Below are positions 40,309 to 51,431 of a stretch of 64,000 nucleotides of DNA, piece after piece. The translations under genes and the position numbers were made by a program. Numbering within the stretch: position 1 is the stretch's first letter; the number at the start of each line of letters is the position of its first letter. Source of the DNA: Pseudonocardiaceae bacterium (GTDB lineage Bacteria > Actinomycetota > Actinomycetes > Mycobacteriales > Pseudonocardiaceae); contig DASUVX010000031.1 in the NCBI GenBank assembly GCA_036378735.1, positions 9,856-73,855 of the forward strand, read 5' to 3'. The notes under the pieces are model-generated. The model saw nothing but the letters and a program-made list of their open reading frames with translations, was not told the origin of the DNA and did not search any database.

Positions 40309-41300
40309 TACAGCGCGGGGGCGCGGTGTAGGGCGGTGCGTAGCGCATCGAGGATGTCGCCGGGAGTGCCGTCGGTGGTGAGGCCGGCGGCCAGACGGTG
40401 GCCACCACCGCCAAGCTCAGCTGCGGCGGCGGAGACATCGATGTGCTGCTTGGCGCGCAGCGATACCGACCACCGATCCGGGCCGACCTCCTTGAGCACC
40501 GCGGCGACCTCGGCCTCGGACGTGGTCCGCACGAGATCCACCACGCTCTCGATCTCCTCGCTGCGCAGGCCCGCCGCGTCGGCCAGCCGGACGGTGGTGT
40601 GCACCAGTCCCAGACCCTGCGCCGATGCGGGCTCGAGCTGCGCACGGCCGAGCACTGTTGCCAGCATGGGTAACCAGCCGAACGGATGGGTGTCGAGCAG
40701 CTCGCGGGTGAGTGCTTGGGTGTCGACTCCCGCAGCCAGCAACCGGGCGGCAGTCGCGTGGGTGCGCGGGTCCGCCCGCCGGAAGCAGCTGGTGTCGGTC
40801 ACCAGGCCGGCGTAGAGGCAGCGCGCGATCGGCTCGTCCAGCACTACTTCCAAGGTGTCGAGCAACTGGAGAACGAGCACTGCGGTGGCGTCAGCGCCGG
40901 CATCTACCAGATGGTGGGTACCGAATCGGTCGTTGGTGGCGTGGTGGTCGATCACCAGCACGGCGCCGGCGGTATCGATCCGGTCGGCAAGGCAGCCCAG
41001 CCGGCTTCGACTCGCGGTGTCCAGAGTGACCAACACCTCCGGCCGGGCAGGTACCTGGTCCGGCGGCACGATAAGACCGGCTACGTCCAGCCCACGCAGC
41101 GACTCCGGCGTCTGCGCCGGCGCGCCGAAGCTCACCCGCACCGTCGCGCCCCGCCGGGACAGTGCCAGTCCGAGAGCCAGCGCGCTGCCCAGCGCGTCGG
41201 CGTCCGGCTGCACGTGCGCGATGAGGGTGACGTCCTGGGCCGCCGCGAGCAGCGCGGCTGCCTCGTAGATAGCGTCGGGTGCGATCACACTGTTACTCAC
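40308..41300 (-). CDS. nrnA: DHH/DHHA1 phosphoesterase NrnA (nanoRNase / pAp phosphatase, CnpB-like)
   Basis: DHH motifs [15 protein letters not shown] and IDHHATN, and the DHHA1 motif GGGH. Confidence 0.85.
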   Translation of the reverse strand: MSNSVIAPDAIYEAAALLAAAQDVTLIAHVQPDADALGSALALGLALSRRGATVRVSFGAPAQTPESLRGLDVAGLIVPPDQVPARPEVLVTLDTASRSRLGCLADRIDTAGAVLVIDHHATNDRFGTHHLVDAGADATAVLVLQLLDTLEVVLDEPIARCLYAGLVTDTSCFRRADPRTHATAARLLAAGVDTQALTRELLDTHPFGWLPMLATVLGRAQLEPASAQGLGLVHTTVRLADAAGLRSEEIESVVDLVRTTSEAEVAAVLKEVGPDRWSVSLRAKQHIDVSAAAAELGGGGHRLAAGLTTDGTPGDILDALRTALHRAPAL

Positions 41301-41728
41301 TCACGACTCCGGTACGGATCGGGGTCACCAGCGGGCGACGCGTCCGCCGCGATGCGGGCCACCTCGGCGTCGGCGTCGTGCGCTCGGGCCAGCAACTCGT
41401 CGATGCGCCGCGCCCCGTCCGGAAGGTCGTCGCAGCGGAAGGTGAGGGTAGGGGTGAACCGGACGCCTGTCGCGCGGCCGACCAGCGATCGCAGTACTCC
41501 GGTTGCGCTGGCCAGCGCGGCCGCCGCCGCGGCGGTGTCCGGTGGAGCATCGACGGTCTCGCCGAGCACCGTGTAGTAGACCGTCGCGTCCCGCAAATCC
41601 GCGGTGACTCGCGCGTCGGTGATCGTCACCATCGTCAACCGGGGATCCTTGACCTCGTGCTCCAGCCCGGATGCGACGACCTGGGCGATCCGTTTGGCGA
41701 GCCGCCGGGCCCGTGCTTGGTCGGCCAT
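41297..41728 (-). CDS. rbfA: Ribosome-binding factor A
   Basis: [48 protein letters not shown] 41728 follows GAGGAG. Confidence 0.88.
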   Translation of the reverse strand: MADQARARRLAKRIAQVVASGLEHEVKDPRLTMVTITDARVTADLRDATVYYTVLGETVDAPPDTAAAAAALASATGVLRSLVGRATGVRFTPTLTFRCDDLPDGARRIDELLARAHDADAEVARIAADASPAGDPDPYRSRE

Positions 41729-41810
41729 CGCAGCGTTCTCCTCAGCAGTCTGTCGAATTCGTTCGTGCGGCTTTGCGGGACGCGTCGAGCGCTCGCCGCA
41801 GCTGCCCACG

Positions 41811-42110
41811 CTAGTCGTCGTCTGGGCCCAGCATCCGGTGCCTGGCGGCCAGCAACTCCAGCTCGGGCCGTCCGGCCACCAAGCGCTCGCACGCCTCGAG
41901 CACTGCACGCACGTGGCCGCCATCGGTGGCCACGGCGGCCACGCCGATCAGCGCCCGGCGGTGTAAGTCTGCGTGACCGGCCTCGGCCGCCGCGACGTCG
42001 AAGCGTCGCCGCAGTTCCGCGATCACCGGCCGGACGAGTGAGCGCTTGTGCTTCAACGAATGCACATCGCCGAACACGATGTCCAGCTCCAGAGCACCGA
42101 CGTACACCAC
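41811..42110 (-). CDS. DUF503 (YlxP-like) protein
   Basis: 99 aa, [24 protein letters not shown]. Conserved position between infB and rbfA. Confidence 0.8.
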   Translation of the reverse strand: MVYVGALELDIVFGDVHSLKHKRSLVRPVIAELRRRFDVAAAEAGHADLHRRALIGVAAVATDGGHVRAVLEACERLVAGRPELELLAARHRMLGPDDD

Positions 42111-42163
42111 TTATCACCACTGGGTTGGTAGCTAGGTTGGTAGCTGTTGACGACCACCCTCAC

Positions 42164-42198
42164 GGGGGTTGGTGGCCCTTGAACGGCCACCAACCCCC
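42164..42198 (-). terminator. Perfect 14-bp stem hairpin (GGGGGTTGGTGGCC / GGCCACCAACCCCC, 7-nt loop) 8 nt after the infB stop, with no U-tract
   Basis: Read directly. It could be an attenuator, a processing site or a stabiliser rather than a full terminator, because DUF503, rbfA and further genes follow on the same strand. Confidence 0.4.
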
Positions 42199-42206
42199 GC
42201 GAGGGG

Positions 42207-45206
42207 TCAGGTGCGGGGCTTTTCCCGCAGCTCGTAGGTCTCTACCTCGTCGCCGACCCGCAGGTCGTGGTAGTTCGACAGGGTCAGGCCGCATTCGAAG
42301 CCCTCCCGAACCGACGAGGCGTCATCCTTGAACCGTCGCAGCGACGACACCGTAAGGTCCTCGCGGACCACCACGTTGTCCCGAAGCAGCCGGGCCTTGG
42401 CGTTGCGCCGGATCTCCCCTGACGTGACCATGCAGCCGGCGATGGTGCCGACCTTGGAGGACCGGAACACCTCGCGGACCTCGGCGCGGCCCAGCGACAC
42501 CTCCTCGTAGATCGGTTTGAGCATGCCCTTGAGGGCCTGCTCGATGTCTTCGATCGCCTGGTAGATCACCGAGTAGTAGCGAATCTCAACACCCTCGCGG
42601 TTGGCCAGTGCGGTGGCCTTACCGTCGGCCCGGACGTTGAAGCCGAGCACGATGGTGTTGTCCGCGATGGCTAGGTTGATATCGCTTTCGGTGATACCTC
42701 CGACGCCGCGGGAGATGACCCGCAGCTCCACCTCGTCGCCGACGTCGATCTTCAGCAGGGCATCTTCCAGCGCCTCCACCGTGCCGGCGTTGTCGCCCTT
42801 GAGGATCAGGTTGAGCTCGCTGGTCTCCTTTAGCGCCTGGTCCAGGTCCTCCAAGCTGACCCGGCGGCGGCGGGAGGCGAGGTCGGCGTTGCGCTCCCTG
42901 GTGCGCCTGCGGTCGGCGATCTGCCGGGCGATGCGGTCCTCGTCGACGACGAGGAAGTTATCGCCTGCACCGGGTACCGAGGTGAACCCGATGACCTGCA
43001 CCGGCCGTGAGGGCAGCGCCTCGATGACGTCATCGCCGTGCTCGTCGACCATGCGCCGGACCCGGCCATACGCGTCGCCGGCGACCACCGAGTCGCCAAC
43101 CCGCAGCGTGCCGCGCTGCACCAGCACGGTAGCCACCGGCCCGCGACCGCGGTCCAGATGCGCCTCGATCGCCACCCCCTGAGCCTCCATCTCCGGGTTG
43201 GCCCGCAAGTCCAGGGACGCATCTGCGGTGAGCAGGATCGCCTCCAGCAGCGCGTCGATGTTGGTGCCCTCCTTGGCGGAGATGTCGACGAACATGGTGT
43301 CGCCGCCGTACTCCTCGGGAACCAGCCCGTACTCGGTGAGCTGGCCGCGGATCCGGGTCGGGTCCGCGCCCGCCTTGTCGATCTTGTTCACCGCGACCAC
43401 GATCGGCACGCCGGCCGCCTTCGCGTGGTTGATCGCCTCCACCGTCTGCGGCATGACGCCGTCGTCGGCGGCGACCACCAGCACCGCAATGTCGGTCGAC
43501 CGGGCACCACGGGCTCGCATCGCGGTGAACGCCTCGTGACCGGGAGTGTCGATGAAGGTGATCAGCCGCTCCACGCCTTCGAGCTCGGTGGCGACCTGGT
43601 AGGCACCGATGTGCTGGGTGATCCCGCCGGCCTCACCACCCATCACGTTGGCCTTGCGGATGGTGTCCAGCAGGCGGGTCTTGCCGTGGTCCACGTGACC
43701 CATCACGGTGACCACTGGCGGCCGGATCTCGAGGTCCTCCTCGCCACCCGAGTCCTCGCCGTAGGACAGGTCGAACGACTCGAGCAGCTCGCGGTCCTCG
43801 TCCTCGGGACTGACGACCTGGATCCGGTAGTTCATCTCCTGGCCGAGCAGCTCGAGTACGTCGTCTGACACCGATTGGGTGGCCGTCACCATCTCGCCGA
43901 GGTGGAACAACGCCTGCACCAGCGCGGCCGGATTGGCGTCGATCTTTTCCGCGAAGTCGGTGAGCGAGGAGCCGCGACGTAGCCGGACGATCTCGCCGCT
44001 ACCGCGCGGGAGCCGCACCCCGCCGACCGACGGGGCCTGCATGTTGTCGAACTCCTGGCGCTTCTGCCGCTTGGACTTGCGACCCTTGCGCGCGGGGCCA
44101 CCAGGCCGGCCGAAAGCACCCGCCGCGCCGCCACGGCCACGACCACCGGCACCGGGGCGCGCCGGGCCACCGCGGAAACCACCGCCGGCCGGAGCGCCGG
44201 CACCCGCGGGACCAGCAGGAGCCGCACCGCCACGGAAACCGCCCCCACCGCCACGGCTACCGGACCCGCCAGGTCCACCGCGGCCACCACCGGGACTGCT
44301 AGGACCACCGCGACCACCCTCACCGGTAGCGGGGCGCCCCGGCCGGCTGGGCATCGCGCCTGGGCTCGGTGGACGCGGCGGCATCATGCCGGGATTCGGC
44401 CGCGGTCCGCCGCTACCGGGCGAGCCGGTGCGGCCGGTGCTCGGGCGGTTGGCGCCACCCGGACGCGGCGGCATGTTGCTCGGCCCGGCTGGACTCGCCG
44501 GGGCACCGGGGCGCTGTCCCGATGAACGCGGCGGCGCGGTACTGCCGACACCGAACGGGTTGTTGCCAACCCGCGGCGAGCGTGGACCTGGTTTGGGCAA
44601 CCGGGGACGGGGCGTTCCAGGGGCACCGCCTTCGTCAGGCCGGGGAACCGAGCGCTGCTCGGTCGCCGGGCCCGGTGACGCCACCCGATGCTCTGCCGCA
44701 GGACGGTGCGGCTCGGTGGGCGCGGGCGGGCGGACCGCCGGCTCACCGACAGCAGGACGGTCCGGGGCGCTGCGCCGCTCGACCGGGGCCGGACGCTGCG
44801 GAACTCCTGCGGGAGAGACCCGTGGCGGGACTACCGGAGCTTCGCTACCGGACCCACTACCGGACCCGCTAGTCGGCCCAGTTCCAGACCCGCTGTCAGG
44901 CACAGGTTGCGGCAGGCGACCGGGCGAAGGGACCGGACCAGGCTTGGCGGCGGCTCCACCGACGGCGGGAAAAGTGCCGGTGGCGGCACCACCGCTGGCG
45001 GGGCCACTGGCTGGTGCGCCGTTGGCGTAAGGCGCCTTGGCGGTGTCGGAAGGGAACGAGTCCCGAAGCTTGCGGGCGACCGGTGCCTCCACCGTTGAGG
45101 AGGCAGACTTCACATACTCACCAAGATCGGCGAGTTTCTTGAGTACATCTTTACTGGTGACGCCGAGCTCTTTCGCGAGCTCGTGCACACGGGCCTTGCC
45201 TGCCAC
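42207..45206 (-). CDS. infB: Translation initiation factor IF-2
   Basis: [16 protein letters not shown]-terminus, a long Gly/Pro/Arg-rich linker, and a G-domain GHVDHGKT ... DTPGH ... NKID. GTG 45206 follows GAGGAG. Confidence 0.93.
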   Translation of the reverse strand: MAGKARVHELAKELGVTSKDVLKKLADLGEYVKSASSTVEAPVARKLRDSFPSDTAKAPYANGAPASGPASGGAATGTFPAVGGAAAKPGPVPSPGRLPQPVPDSGSGTGPTSGSGSGSGSEAPVVPPRVSPAGVPQRPAPVERRSAPDRPAVGEPAVRPPAPTEPHRPAAEHRVASPGPATEQRSVPRPDEGGAPGTPRPRLPKPGPRSPRVGNNPFGVGSTAPPRSSGQRPGAPASPAGPSNMPPRPGGANRPSTGRTGSPGSGGPRPNPGMMPPRPPSPGAMPSRPGRPATGEGGRGGPSSPGGGRGGPGGSGSRGGGGGFRGGAAPAGPAGAGAPAGGGFRGGPARPGAGGRGRGGAAGAFGRPGGPARKGRKSKRQKRQEFDNMQAPSVGGVRLPRGSGEIVRLRRGSSLTDFAEKIDANPAALVQALFHLGEMVTATQSVSDDVLELLGQEMNYRIQVVSPEDEDRELLESFDLSYGEDSGGEEDLEIRPPVVTVMGHVDHGKTRLLDTIRKANVMGGEAGGITQHIGAYQVATELEGVERLITFIDTPGHEAFTAMRARGARSTDIAVLVVAADDGVMPQTVEAINHAKAAGVPIVVAVNKIDKAGADPTRIRGQLTEYGLVPEEYGGDTMFVDISAKEGTNIDALLEAILLTADASLDLRANPEMEAQGVAIEAHLDRGRGPVATVLVQRGTLRVGDSVVAGDAYGRVRRMVDEHGDDVIEALPSRPVQVIGFTSVPGAGDNFLVVDEDRIARQIADRRRTRERNADLASRRRRVSLEDLDQALKETSELNLILKGDNAGTVEALEDALLKIDVGDEVELRVISRGVGGITESDINLAIADNTIVLGFNVRADGKATALANREGVEIRYYSVIYQAIEDIEQALKGMLKPIYEEVSLGRAEVREVFRSSKVGTIAGCMVTSGEIRRNAKARLLRDNVVVREDLTVSSLRRFKDDASSVREGFECGLTLSNYHDLRVGDEVETYELREKPRT

Positions 45207-45400
45207 TGCTCTCCTCACTGGTGGAGCCGGCGGCAATCCCGCTCGACCCCGTTACTAGTGCATGTCCATCGCTGTCAGAGCTTCACGACTGCGGGTACAT
45301 TTCGGAATCGACCTGCTCTCTGCGTTGACCACGCGCCGGGGCGGTCCCGGGCGGGGTATGTCCCCGGCGCACCGAGGACCTACTACCGTCTCCGAACAGC

Positions 45401-45715
45401 TCACGTGACAAAAGCGCGCACCGCGGCGGTGTCGAGCTCACCCGGGGAGCGCAGCGCCCGCGGGAAGGCCCGGCGCCGCTCGGCCAGACGCAGACATCCG
45501 AGTTCGGGATGCACCCACGCGCCCCGACCAGGATGCCGTCGCCGCGGGTCGGGGACCAGGATCCCCTCCACCGCCACCACACGCAGCAATCCGGAAGCCG
45601 CCGCCCTGGTCCGGCACCCCACGCAGGTCCGGACTGGCTCGGCGGGCCGCTCGTGGCGACCGCGCCGGATTTCATCCGGGCAGGCGTGGACCGTCCCCCG
45701 ACGGCGCGCCATCAT
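45401..45715 (-). CDS. ylxR: YlxR-family (DUF448) RNA-binding protein
   Basis: RTCVGCR ... GRGAWVH motif, lying between nusA and infB. Confidence 0.8.
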   Translation of the reverse strand: MMARRRGTVHACPDEIRRGRHERPAEPVRTCVGCRTRAAASGLLRVVAVEGILVPDPRRRHPGRGAWVHPELGCLRLAERRRAFPRALRSPGELDTAAVRAFVT

Positions 45716-45719
45716 GATT

Positions 45720-46778
45720 CTAGCGCGTCGGCGCAGCGGGCGGAGAACCGGCATTGGTCACCGGTACCTCGGCACGCGAGACACGGGCCGGCTGCGTCGC
45801 TGCGGGCCCCGCATCGCTTCGAATATCGATCTTCCATCCGGTTAACCGGGCGGCCAACCTGGCGTTCTGTCCTTCTTTACCGATCGCCAGCGACAGCTGA
45901 AAATCGGGGACCACGACCCGCGCTGTCTTGGCGCGGGCATCGACCACCTGTACAGAGACAACCTTCGACGGGGACAGCGCATTTCCCACGAACGTCGCCG
46001 GATCGTCGGAATAGTCGATGATGTCGATCTTCTCTCCACCCAGCTCACTCATGACGTTGCGCACCCGCTGGCCCATCGGTCCGATGCAGGCGCCCTTGGC
46101 GTTGACCCCCGCGACGGTGGACCTGACCGCGATCTTCGATCGATGCCCTGCCTCCCTGGCCACCGCCGGGATCTCCACGGTGCCGTCAGCGATCTCGGGA
46201 ACCTCCAGGGCGAACAGCCGGCGGACCAGATTGGGGTGCGTCCGGGACAGGGTGATCTGCGGTCCGCGCAGGCCGCGGGACACGCCCACCACGTAACATT
46301 TGATCCGCTCACCGTGGCGGTAGGTCTCCCGCGGTGCCTGCTCAACCGGCGGAATGACGCCCTCGGTCTCGCCGATCTTGACCACCACTACGCCGCGGGC
46401 GTTGGCCCTGGCGTCGCGTTGCACGACACCGGCCACGATCTCGCCCTCCTTGGCCGAGAACTCGCCGAAGGTGCGCTCGTGCTCGGCGTCGCGCAGGCGT
46501 TGCAGGATGACTTGCCGGGCCGTGGTGGCCGCGATCCGGCCGAACCCCTCGGGAGTGTCGTCCCATTCCTGCACGACATTGCCGGCCGCGTCGAGTTCCT
46601 GCGCCAGCACCCGGACCAATCCGGTCTTGCGGTCGACGTCGATACGCACGTTCGGTTGATGACCATCGGTGTGCTTGTACGCGGTAAGCAGCGCCGTCTC
46701 GATGGCCTCGAGTACCGTCTCGAAGGAGACGTCCTTGTCGCGTTCAATGGCGCGCAGCGCGGCGATATCGACGTTCAC
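45720..46778 (-). CDS. nusA: Transcription termination/antitermination factor NusA
   Basis: N-terminal domain, S1 domain and two KH domains ([11 protein letters not shown]). 352 aa. Confidence 0.93.
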   Translation of the reverse strand: MNVDIAALRAIERDKDVSFETVLEAIETALLTAYKHTDGHQPNVRIDVDRKTGLVRVLAQELDAAGNVVQEWDDTPEGFGRIAATTARQVILQRLRDAEHERTFGEFSAKEGEIVAGVVQRDARANARGVVVVKIGETEGVIPPVEQAPRETYRHGERIKCYVVGVSRGLRGPQITLSRTHPNLVRRLFALEVPEIADGTVEIPAVAREAGHRSKIAVRSTVAGVNAKGACIGPMGQRVRNVMSELGGEKIDIIDYSDDPATFVGNALSPSKVVSVQVVDARAKTARVVVPDFQLSLAIGKEGQNARLAARLTGWKIDIRSDAGPAATQPARVSRAEVPVTNAGSPPAAPTR

Positions 46779-47299
46779 CGTTCCTCCAAATCATGCCGTC
46801 GTGCGCCGCCGAGGGCCGCGAGCTCGTCGGCCGGCGGTGGGCGGAATTCCACTTCCACCACCGCGCGACGCAGCTCCGTGTACCGCACTCGGCGTAGGGC
46901 TCCCGACGTCAGCAGTGTGACTCCGTCGTCGTCGCAGTCGCCAATCCGGCCGATCAGCTCGCCACCGGCTACCAGGGAAGCGCGGACCATCCGTAGCCGG
47001 TTTCGTCGCCAATGCCGGGGCGCAGTGAGCGGCCGATCCACCCCCGGCGAAGTCACCTCGAGGTGGTAAGGCGCGGCGATGAGCTTGTCGTGCTGGTCCA
47101 GCGCCAGCGATACCGCGCGGCTTACCGCGGCGATGTCGTCGAGTCCGACACCGGTATCCGAATCGATGACCACCCGGATCAACCGGCGCTGGCCGGCGCG
47201 CACTTCCTCCAAGTTTTCGAGCTCGAACCCGGTGCCGGCCACCGCGTCGCGAACCACCGACTCGATTGCAGAGTCGGGATTCGCTGATTGCGCGCTCAC
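46775..47299 (-). CDS. rimP: Ribosome maturation factor RimP
   Basis: [12 protein letters not shown] motif. GTG 47299 follows AGGAGG. The upstream 215 codons of the track ORF were dropped. Confidence 0.88.
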   Translation of the reverse strand: MSAQSANPDSAIESVVRDAVAGTGFELENLEEVRAGQRRLIRVVIDSDTGVGLDDIAAVSRAVSLALDQHDKLIAAPYHLEVTSPGVDRPLTAPRHWRRNRLRMVRASLVAGGELIGRIGDCDDDGVTLLTSGALRRVRYTELRRAVVEVEFRPPPADELAALGGARRHDLEER

Positions 47300-47516
47300 C
47301 GTGGCCTCCTGGGTTCGACGTCCTGGTTTTCTCGTTTGTCTGAAGTGCTGGTTGGTGAGGTCATGCTTGCTGAAGATGTGGCGATGCGGGCGGCGCCGGC
47401 GCGGCGCGCCCCGGTCGGGATCACCTAGGGTATCGCGTTTGCGCGCCCGGCCCGCGCCAAGTGGATCACGGTGTACGAGCCTGCGGCAAAACAGCGGCCT
47501 GGCAAGATGGTCGACC

Positions 47517-48020
47517 GTGTTCCAGGCCCGTCCCAGCCGTCGCCGCGCGCTGGCCGCCGGGGTCACCACCGCGGCTCTGTTCCTGGCCGGTCCGACGGCG
47601 CTGGCCGGATGCACGGCATCTGCGCCCGCCCCGGAGGGACCCGATCCGCTGGAGGCACCCGCCCGGCGCGCCGAATCTGACGTGGCGCTGGCCGCCGCCG
47701 TGGCGCAGGCACACTCGACATTGGCCGCGACGGCCAGAGCACTCGCCGCCGACCGGGCGGCGCATGCCGCCACGCTGCGCGCCGAGCTGCACCGGGTACA
47801 CCCGGATCCGGTGCCTACCAGCACCGCCCAGCCGGTGCCACCGGTCGTGCCCCCGCCCGCCAGCCCCGATGCGGCCGCCGCGCGGACGGCTCTGACCGAG
47901 GCGATGCGCGCGGCACAAGACGAAGCAGCCGCACTCGTCATCACGCTGCCCGGCTACCGAGCGGCCCTCCTCGCATCGGTCGCAGCCTGCTGCGCCACTC
48001 ACACCGCCCTGCTCACATGA
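47517..48020 (+). CDS. Putative Tat-exported lipoprotein (Ala-rich)
   Basis: SRRRALAAGVTTAALFLAGPTALAGC (twin-Arg plus the lipobox LAGC). The GTG 47517 start is tentative. Confidence 0.55.
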   Translation: MFQARPSRRRALAAGVTTAALFLAGPTALAGCTASAPAPEGPDPLEAPARRAESDVALAAAVAQAHSTLAATARALAADRAAHAATLRAELHRVHPDPVPTSTAQPVPPVVPPPASPDAAAARTALTEAMRAAQDEAAALVITLPGYRAALLASVAACCATHTALLT

Positions 48021-48044
48021 CGCGCCATCACCCTTCCGCGCCCC

Positions 48045-48112
48045 ACCCCGACATGGAGACATATCGGGGTAAGCGGGGTGTCTTTAGGCCCGATATGGCT
48101 CCATGTCGGGCG
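48045..48112. repeat. Palindromic element, copy 4 (most degenerate)
   Basis: Left arm ACCCCGACATGGAGACATATCGGGGT, 17-18-nt spacer aagcggggtgtctttag(g), right arm GCCCGATATGGCTCCATGTCGGGCG. Confidence 0.85.
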
Positions 48113-48115
48113 GGT

Positions 48116-48550
48116 GTGCAGGTGCCGGTGGGGGCGCTGCAGGGGGCACTGGCGGCGGAGCATGCGGCGGTGTGGGTATACGGGGTGGCGGGTGCGTTCG
48201 TGTCCAGCGGGTTGGCGCGCCGGCTGGACGAGGCCGCGACCGCGCACCAGGCTCGGCGCGACGCCACGCAGCGATTGCTCATCGATGCGGGCGTGACGCC
48301 GGTGCCACCGGAACCGGGATATCTCGGCCCGGAGCCGGTCACCGACGCCGCCTCAGCACTCCGGCTGATGATCACCGCCGAGATGGACGCAGCCGGGGCA
48401 TGGCGCTCAGTGGTGGAACGCAGCCCGGCCGATCCGGATCTGCGCGGGACCGCGCTGGAGGCGCTGACGGCAGCGGCCGTACGAGCCACCCGGTGGCGCG
48501 CCACCGCCGGCGCCACCCCACTGACAGTGCCGTTTCCTGGAGCGCCGTAG
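48116..48550 (+). CDS. Ferritin-like DUF4439 protein
   Basis: LQGALAAEHAAVWVYGVAGAF ... AEMDAAGAWR pattern. The start is set to GTG 48116, after the palindrome. The track start 48017 reads through the repeat. Confidence 0.68.
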   Translation: MQVPVGALQGALAAEHAAVWVYGVAGAFVSSGLARRLDEAATAHQARRDATQRLLIDAGVTPVPPEPGYLGPEPVTDAASALRLMITAEMDAAGAWRSVVERSPADPDLRGTALEALTAAAVRATRWRATAGATPLTVPFPGAP

Positions 48551-48568
48551 AGGAAGGATCGCAACGAG

Positions 48569-48979
48569 GTGAAAACCGAGCAGATTCGTATCCAGACCGG
48601 CTCGCGAGAACAGGTATCCGATCTGACGAACCAGTGCCGGGACTTTCTCGACCGGATCGAGGCCGGCGATGGACTGCTGCACCTGTGGGTGCCGCACGCG
48701 ACCGCCGGCCTGGCCGTGATCGAGACGGGCTCCGGTAGTGAGGCTGACCTGCTCGCAGCGTTACGCGAGTTGCTCCCGGCCGACGACCGGTGGCGCCACC
48801 AGCATGGCTCAGCCGGACACGGCAGGTGCCACATACTGCCGGCGCTGGTGCCTCCCTACGCCAGCCTCCCGGTGTTCGGTGGACAGCTCGCGTTGGGCAC
48901 CTGGCAGTCGATCTGCTTGGTGGACATCAACGTCGATAACCCGGACCGCACCGTGCGGTTGAGTTTTCTGGCCGGCTGA
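48569..48979 (+). CDS. yjbQ: YjbQ/UPF0047-family protein (secondary thiamine-phosphate synthase-like)
   Basis: LLHLWVPHATAGLAVIE ... HGRCHILPALV ... LGTWQSICLVD. Confidence 0.82.
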   Translation: MKTEQIRIQTGSREQVSDLTNQCRDFLDRIEAGDGLLHLWVPHATAGLAVIETGSGSEADLLAALRELLPADDRWRHQHGSAGHGRCHILPALVPPYASLPVFGGQLALGTWQSICLVDINVDNPDRTVRLSFLAG

Positions 48980-48983
48980 CGGG

Positions 48984-50732
48984 CTACTTGCTACATAACT
49001 CCTGCAGGTGCGCCACCGCGCCGTCCACCGGCACCTCGGTGCGCTCGCCGGTGGCGCGGTCCTTGACCTCCACGACACCCGAGGCGAGGCCACGGCCGAC
49101 CACCAGGATGGTCGGCACGCCGATCAGCTCGGCGTCGGCGAACTTCACCCCTGGAGTGGCCGTACGGTCGTCGAGGATCACCCGCACGCCGGCGGCGTCC
49201 AGCTCAGCGGCCAGCTGCTCACCGGTGGCACGGATCTTCTCGTCCTTACCCGCGATCACGACGTGCACGTCGGCTGGGGCGACCTCGCGGGGCCAGACCA
49301 GCCCGTGCTGGTCGTGGCTCTGCTCGGCAATGGCGCCGACCAACCGGGAGACCCCGATGCCGTAAGAACCCATGGTGATCCGGATCGGCTTGCCGTCGGG
49401 TCCCAGCGCGTCCAACCCGAAGGCGTCGGTGTACTTGCGCCCGAGCTGGAAGATGTGCCCGATCTCGATCCCCCGGGCGGCGACCAGGGTGCCGGCCCCG
49501 TCCGGCGACGGGTCGCCGGCGCGCACCTCGGCGGCCTCGATCGTGCCGTCCGGGGTGAAGTCGCGCCCGCACACCAGATCGACAACGTGATGATCGGGGC
49601 GGTCCGCGCCGGTAGCCCATGCAGTACCCCGGACCACCCGGGGATCGACGAGGTAGCGCACCCCGTGTTCAGCCAGCGAGCCCGGCCCGATGTAGCCCTT
49701 GACCAGGAACGGGTGCGCGGCGAAGTCGGCGTCGTCGAGCAGCGCCACGTCGACCGGATCCAGCGAGGCTTGTAGGCGTTTCATGTCGACCTCGCGGTCG
49801 CCCGGCACCCCCACGCCGACCAGCACCCAGCCTGCCGCGCCGGGTTGCCTGGTCTTGACCATGACGTTCTTCAGGGCGTCCGCGGCGCTGAAGGTGCGAC
49901 CTAGACCTGCTCCGTTGAGGTGGTCGACCAGCGTGTCGATGGTCGGGGTGTCCGGCGTGTGCAACACCCGGGCCGGTGGCAGGCCGTCGACGGGCAGCTC
50001 CGGGGGCGCTGGGGTGGTCACCGCTTCGACGTTCGCCGCGTATCCGGACTCCGTGCTGCGCACGAAGGTGTCCTCGCCGGTTTCTGCCTCGGCGAGGAAC
50101 TCCTCGCTGGCGGAGCCGCCCATCGCGCCGGACACCGCCGACACGATCACATAGCGCAACCCCAGCCGGTCGAAGATCTTGACGTAGGCGTCCCGGTGCA
50201 GCTGGTAGGAGCGCGCCAGCCCGTCATCCGACAGGTCGAAGGAGTACGAGTCCTTCATCAGGAACTCCCGGCCGCGCAGGATACCGGCGCGGGGGCGTTC
50301 CTCGTCCCGGTACTTGGTCTGCACCTGGTAGAGAATCACCGGGTAGTCCTTGTAGGAGCTGTACTCGCCCTTGACGGTGAGCGTGAACAGCTCCTCGTGA
50401 GTGGGCCCGAGCAGGTAGTCGGCACCCTTGCGGTCGCGCAGCCGGAACACGTTGGCGCCGTACTCGGTCCAGCGACCGGTGGCCTGGTAGGGCTCCCGGG
50501 GCAACAACGCCGGGAACTGGATCTCCTGGGCGCCGATGGCGTCCATCTCCTGGCGCACCACGGCCTCGATGTTGCGCAGCACACGCAAGCCCAGCGGCAG
50601 CCACGAATAGATCCCCGGGCCGACGCGCCGCACGTACCCGGCGCGGACCAGCAGCCGATGGCTGGGCACTTCGGCGTCCGCCGGGTCCTCGCGCAGGGTG
50701 CGCAGGAACAGCGCCGACAACCTGGTGATCAT
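48984..50732 (-). CDS. proS: Proline--tRNA ligase (bacterial type with editing insertion)
   Basis: 582 aa, [33 protein letters not shown], with class II motifs and a C-terminal anticodon-binding domain. Confidence 0.93.
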   Translation of the reverse strand: MITRLSALFLRTLREDPADAEVPSHRLLVRAGYVRRVGPGIYSWLPLGLRVLRNIEAVVRQEMDAIGAQEIQFPALLPREPYQATGRWTEYGANVFRLRDRKGADYLLGPTHEELFTLTVKGEYSSYKDYPVILYQVQTKYRDEERPRAGILRGREFLMKDSYSFDLSDDGLARSYQLHRDAYVKIFDRLGLRYVIVSAVSGAMGGSASEEFLAEAETGEDTFVRSTESGYAANVEAVTTPAPPELPVDGLPPARVLHTPDTPTIDTLVDHLNGAGLGRTFSAADALKNVMVKTRQPGAAGWVLVGVGVPGDREVDMKRLQASLDPVDVALLDDADFAAHPFLVKGYIGPGSLAEHGVRYLVDPRVVRGTAWATGADRPDHHVVDLVCGRDFTPDGTIEAAEVRAGDPSPDGAGTLVAARGIEIGHIFQLGRKYTDAFGLDALGPDGKPIRITMGSYGIGVSRLVGAIAEQSHDQHGLVWPREVAPADVHVVIAGKDEKIRATGEQLAAELDAAGVRVILDDRTATPGVKFADAELIGVPTILVVGRGLASGVVEVKDRATGERTEVPVDGAVAHLQELCSK

Positions 50733-50808
50733 GACTTCGGGGACTCCTCAAACAGATGAATCACGGGGGTCGCAGCGTATCCCCCCGCAGGACATGCCGA
50801 TGGTGCCC

Positions 50809-51330
50809 CTATGCAGTTTCCCAGTTCGAGGACAGTTCTGGCGCGCCGGCGAGGGTCTGGTAGACGACGCAGTAGCGCTCGGTGAGCCGGATCAGGGTGT
50901 CGAGCTGCTCGGTGGTGGCGGTGGTATCCAAGCTGTACTGCAGGCGGATGGACCGGAAGCCGACGGGCGCTTCGCGGCAGACCGCCAGTGTGCCGCGGAA
51001 ATCGAGGTCACCTTCGACGTGCACGGTGCCACCGGCGACGGGGATGTCGAGTGAGGTGGCCACCGCCCGCAGCGTCACACCCGCGCACGCAGCTAGCGCC
51101 TCCAGCAACATGTCGCCTGAGCACAGCGACAACCCATCGCCTCCGGTGGCCGGATGCAGGCCGGCCTCGGCCAGGGCCCGGCCGGTCTGTACCGAGCAGG
51201 TAATGCCCTCACCGAGACTGCCCTGAGCTCGCAACGTGACGAGAGCGGCCGTGGCGTCGTCCCGGTACTGCCGCTTGAGCGGATCCTGAAGGGCCCGGAG
51301 CTGTTGGCGGTCCATGCCCCATGGTGACAT
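50809..51330 (-). CDS. OsmC-family protein
   Basis: 173 aa with two conserved Cys contexts (LSLCSGDMLLEALAACAG ... LTERYCVVYQT). Confidence 0.78.
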   Translation of the reverse strand: MSPWGMDRQQLRALQDPLKRQYRDDATAALVTLRAQGSLGEGITCSVQTGRALAEAGLHPATGGDGLSLCSGDMLLEALAACAGVTLRAVATSLDIPVAGGTVHVEGDLDFRGTLAVCREAPVGFRSIRLQYSLDTTATTEQLDTLIRLTERYCVVYQTLAGAPELSSNWETA

Positions 51331-51431
51331 CCATCAATTCACGCCGCGTTCCGTGCCGGCCCAGCAAACCCCGGGGTGAGATACACACCTCACAGAGCAG
51401 CTTCATCGCGTGGCGCTACCCGGCAAGGCAA

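Noticed and set aside
42122-42145. An IdeR/DtxR-like iron box (TAGGTTGGTAGCT).
   Set aside because: Only the first six positions match the TTAGGTTAGGCTAACCTAA consensus. It is better explained as a 12-bp tandem duplication.
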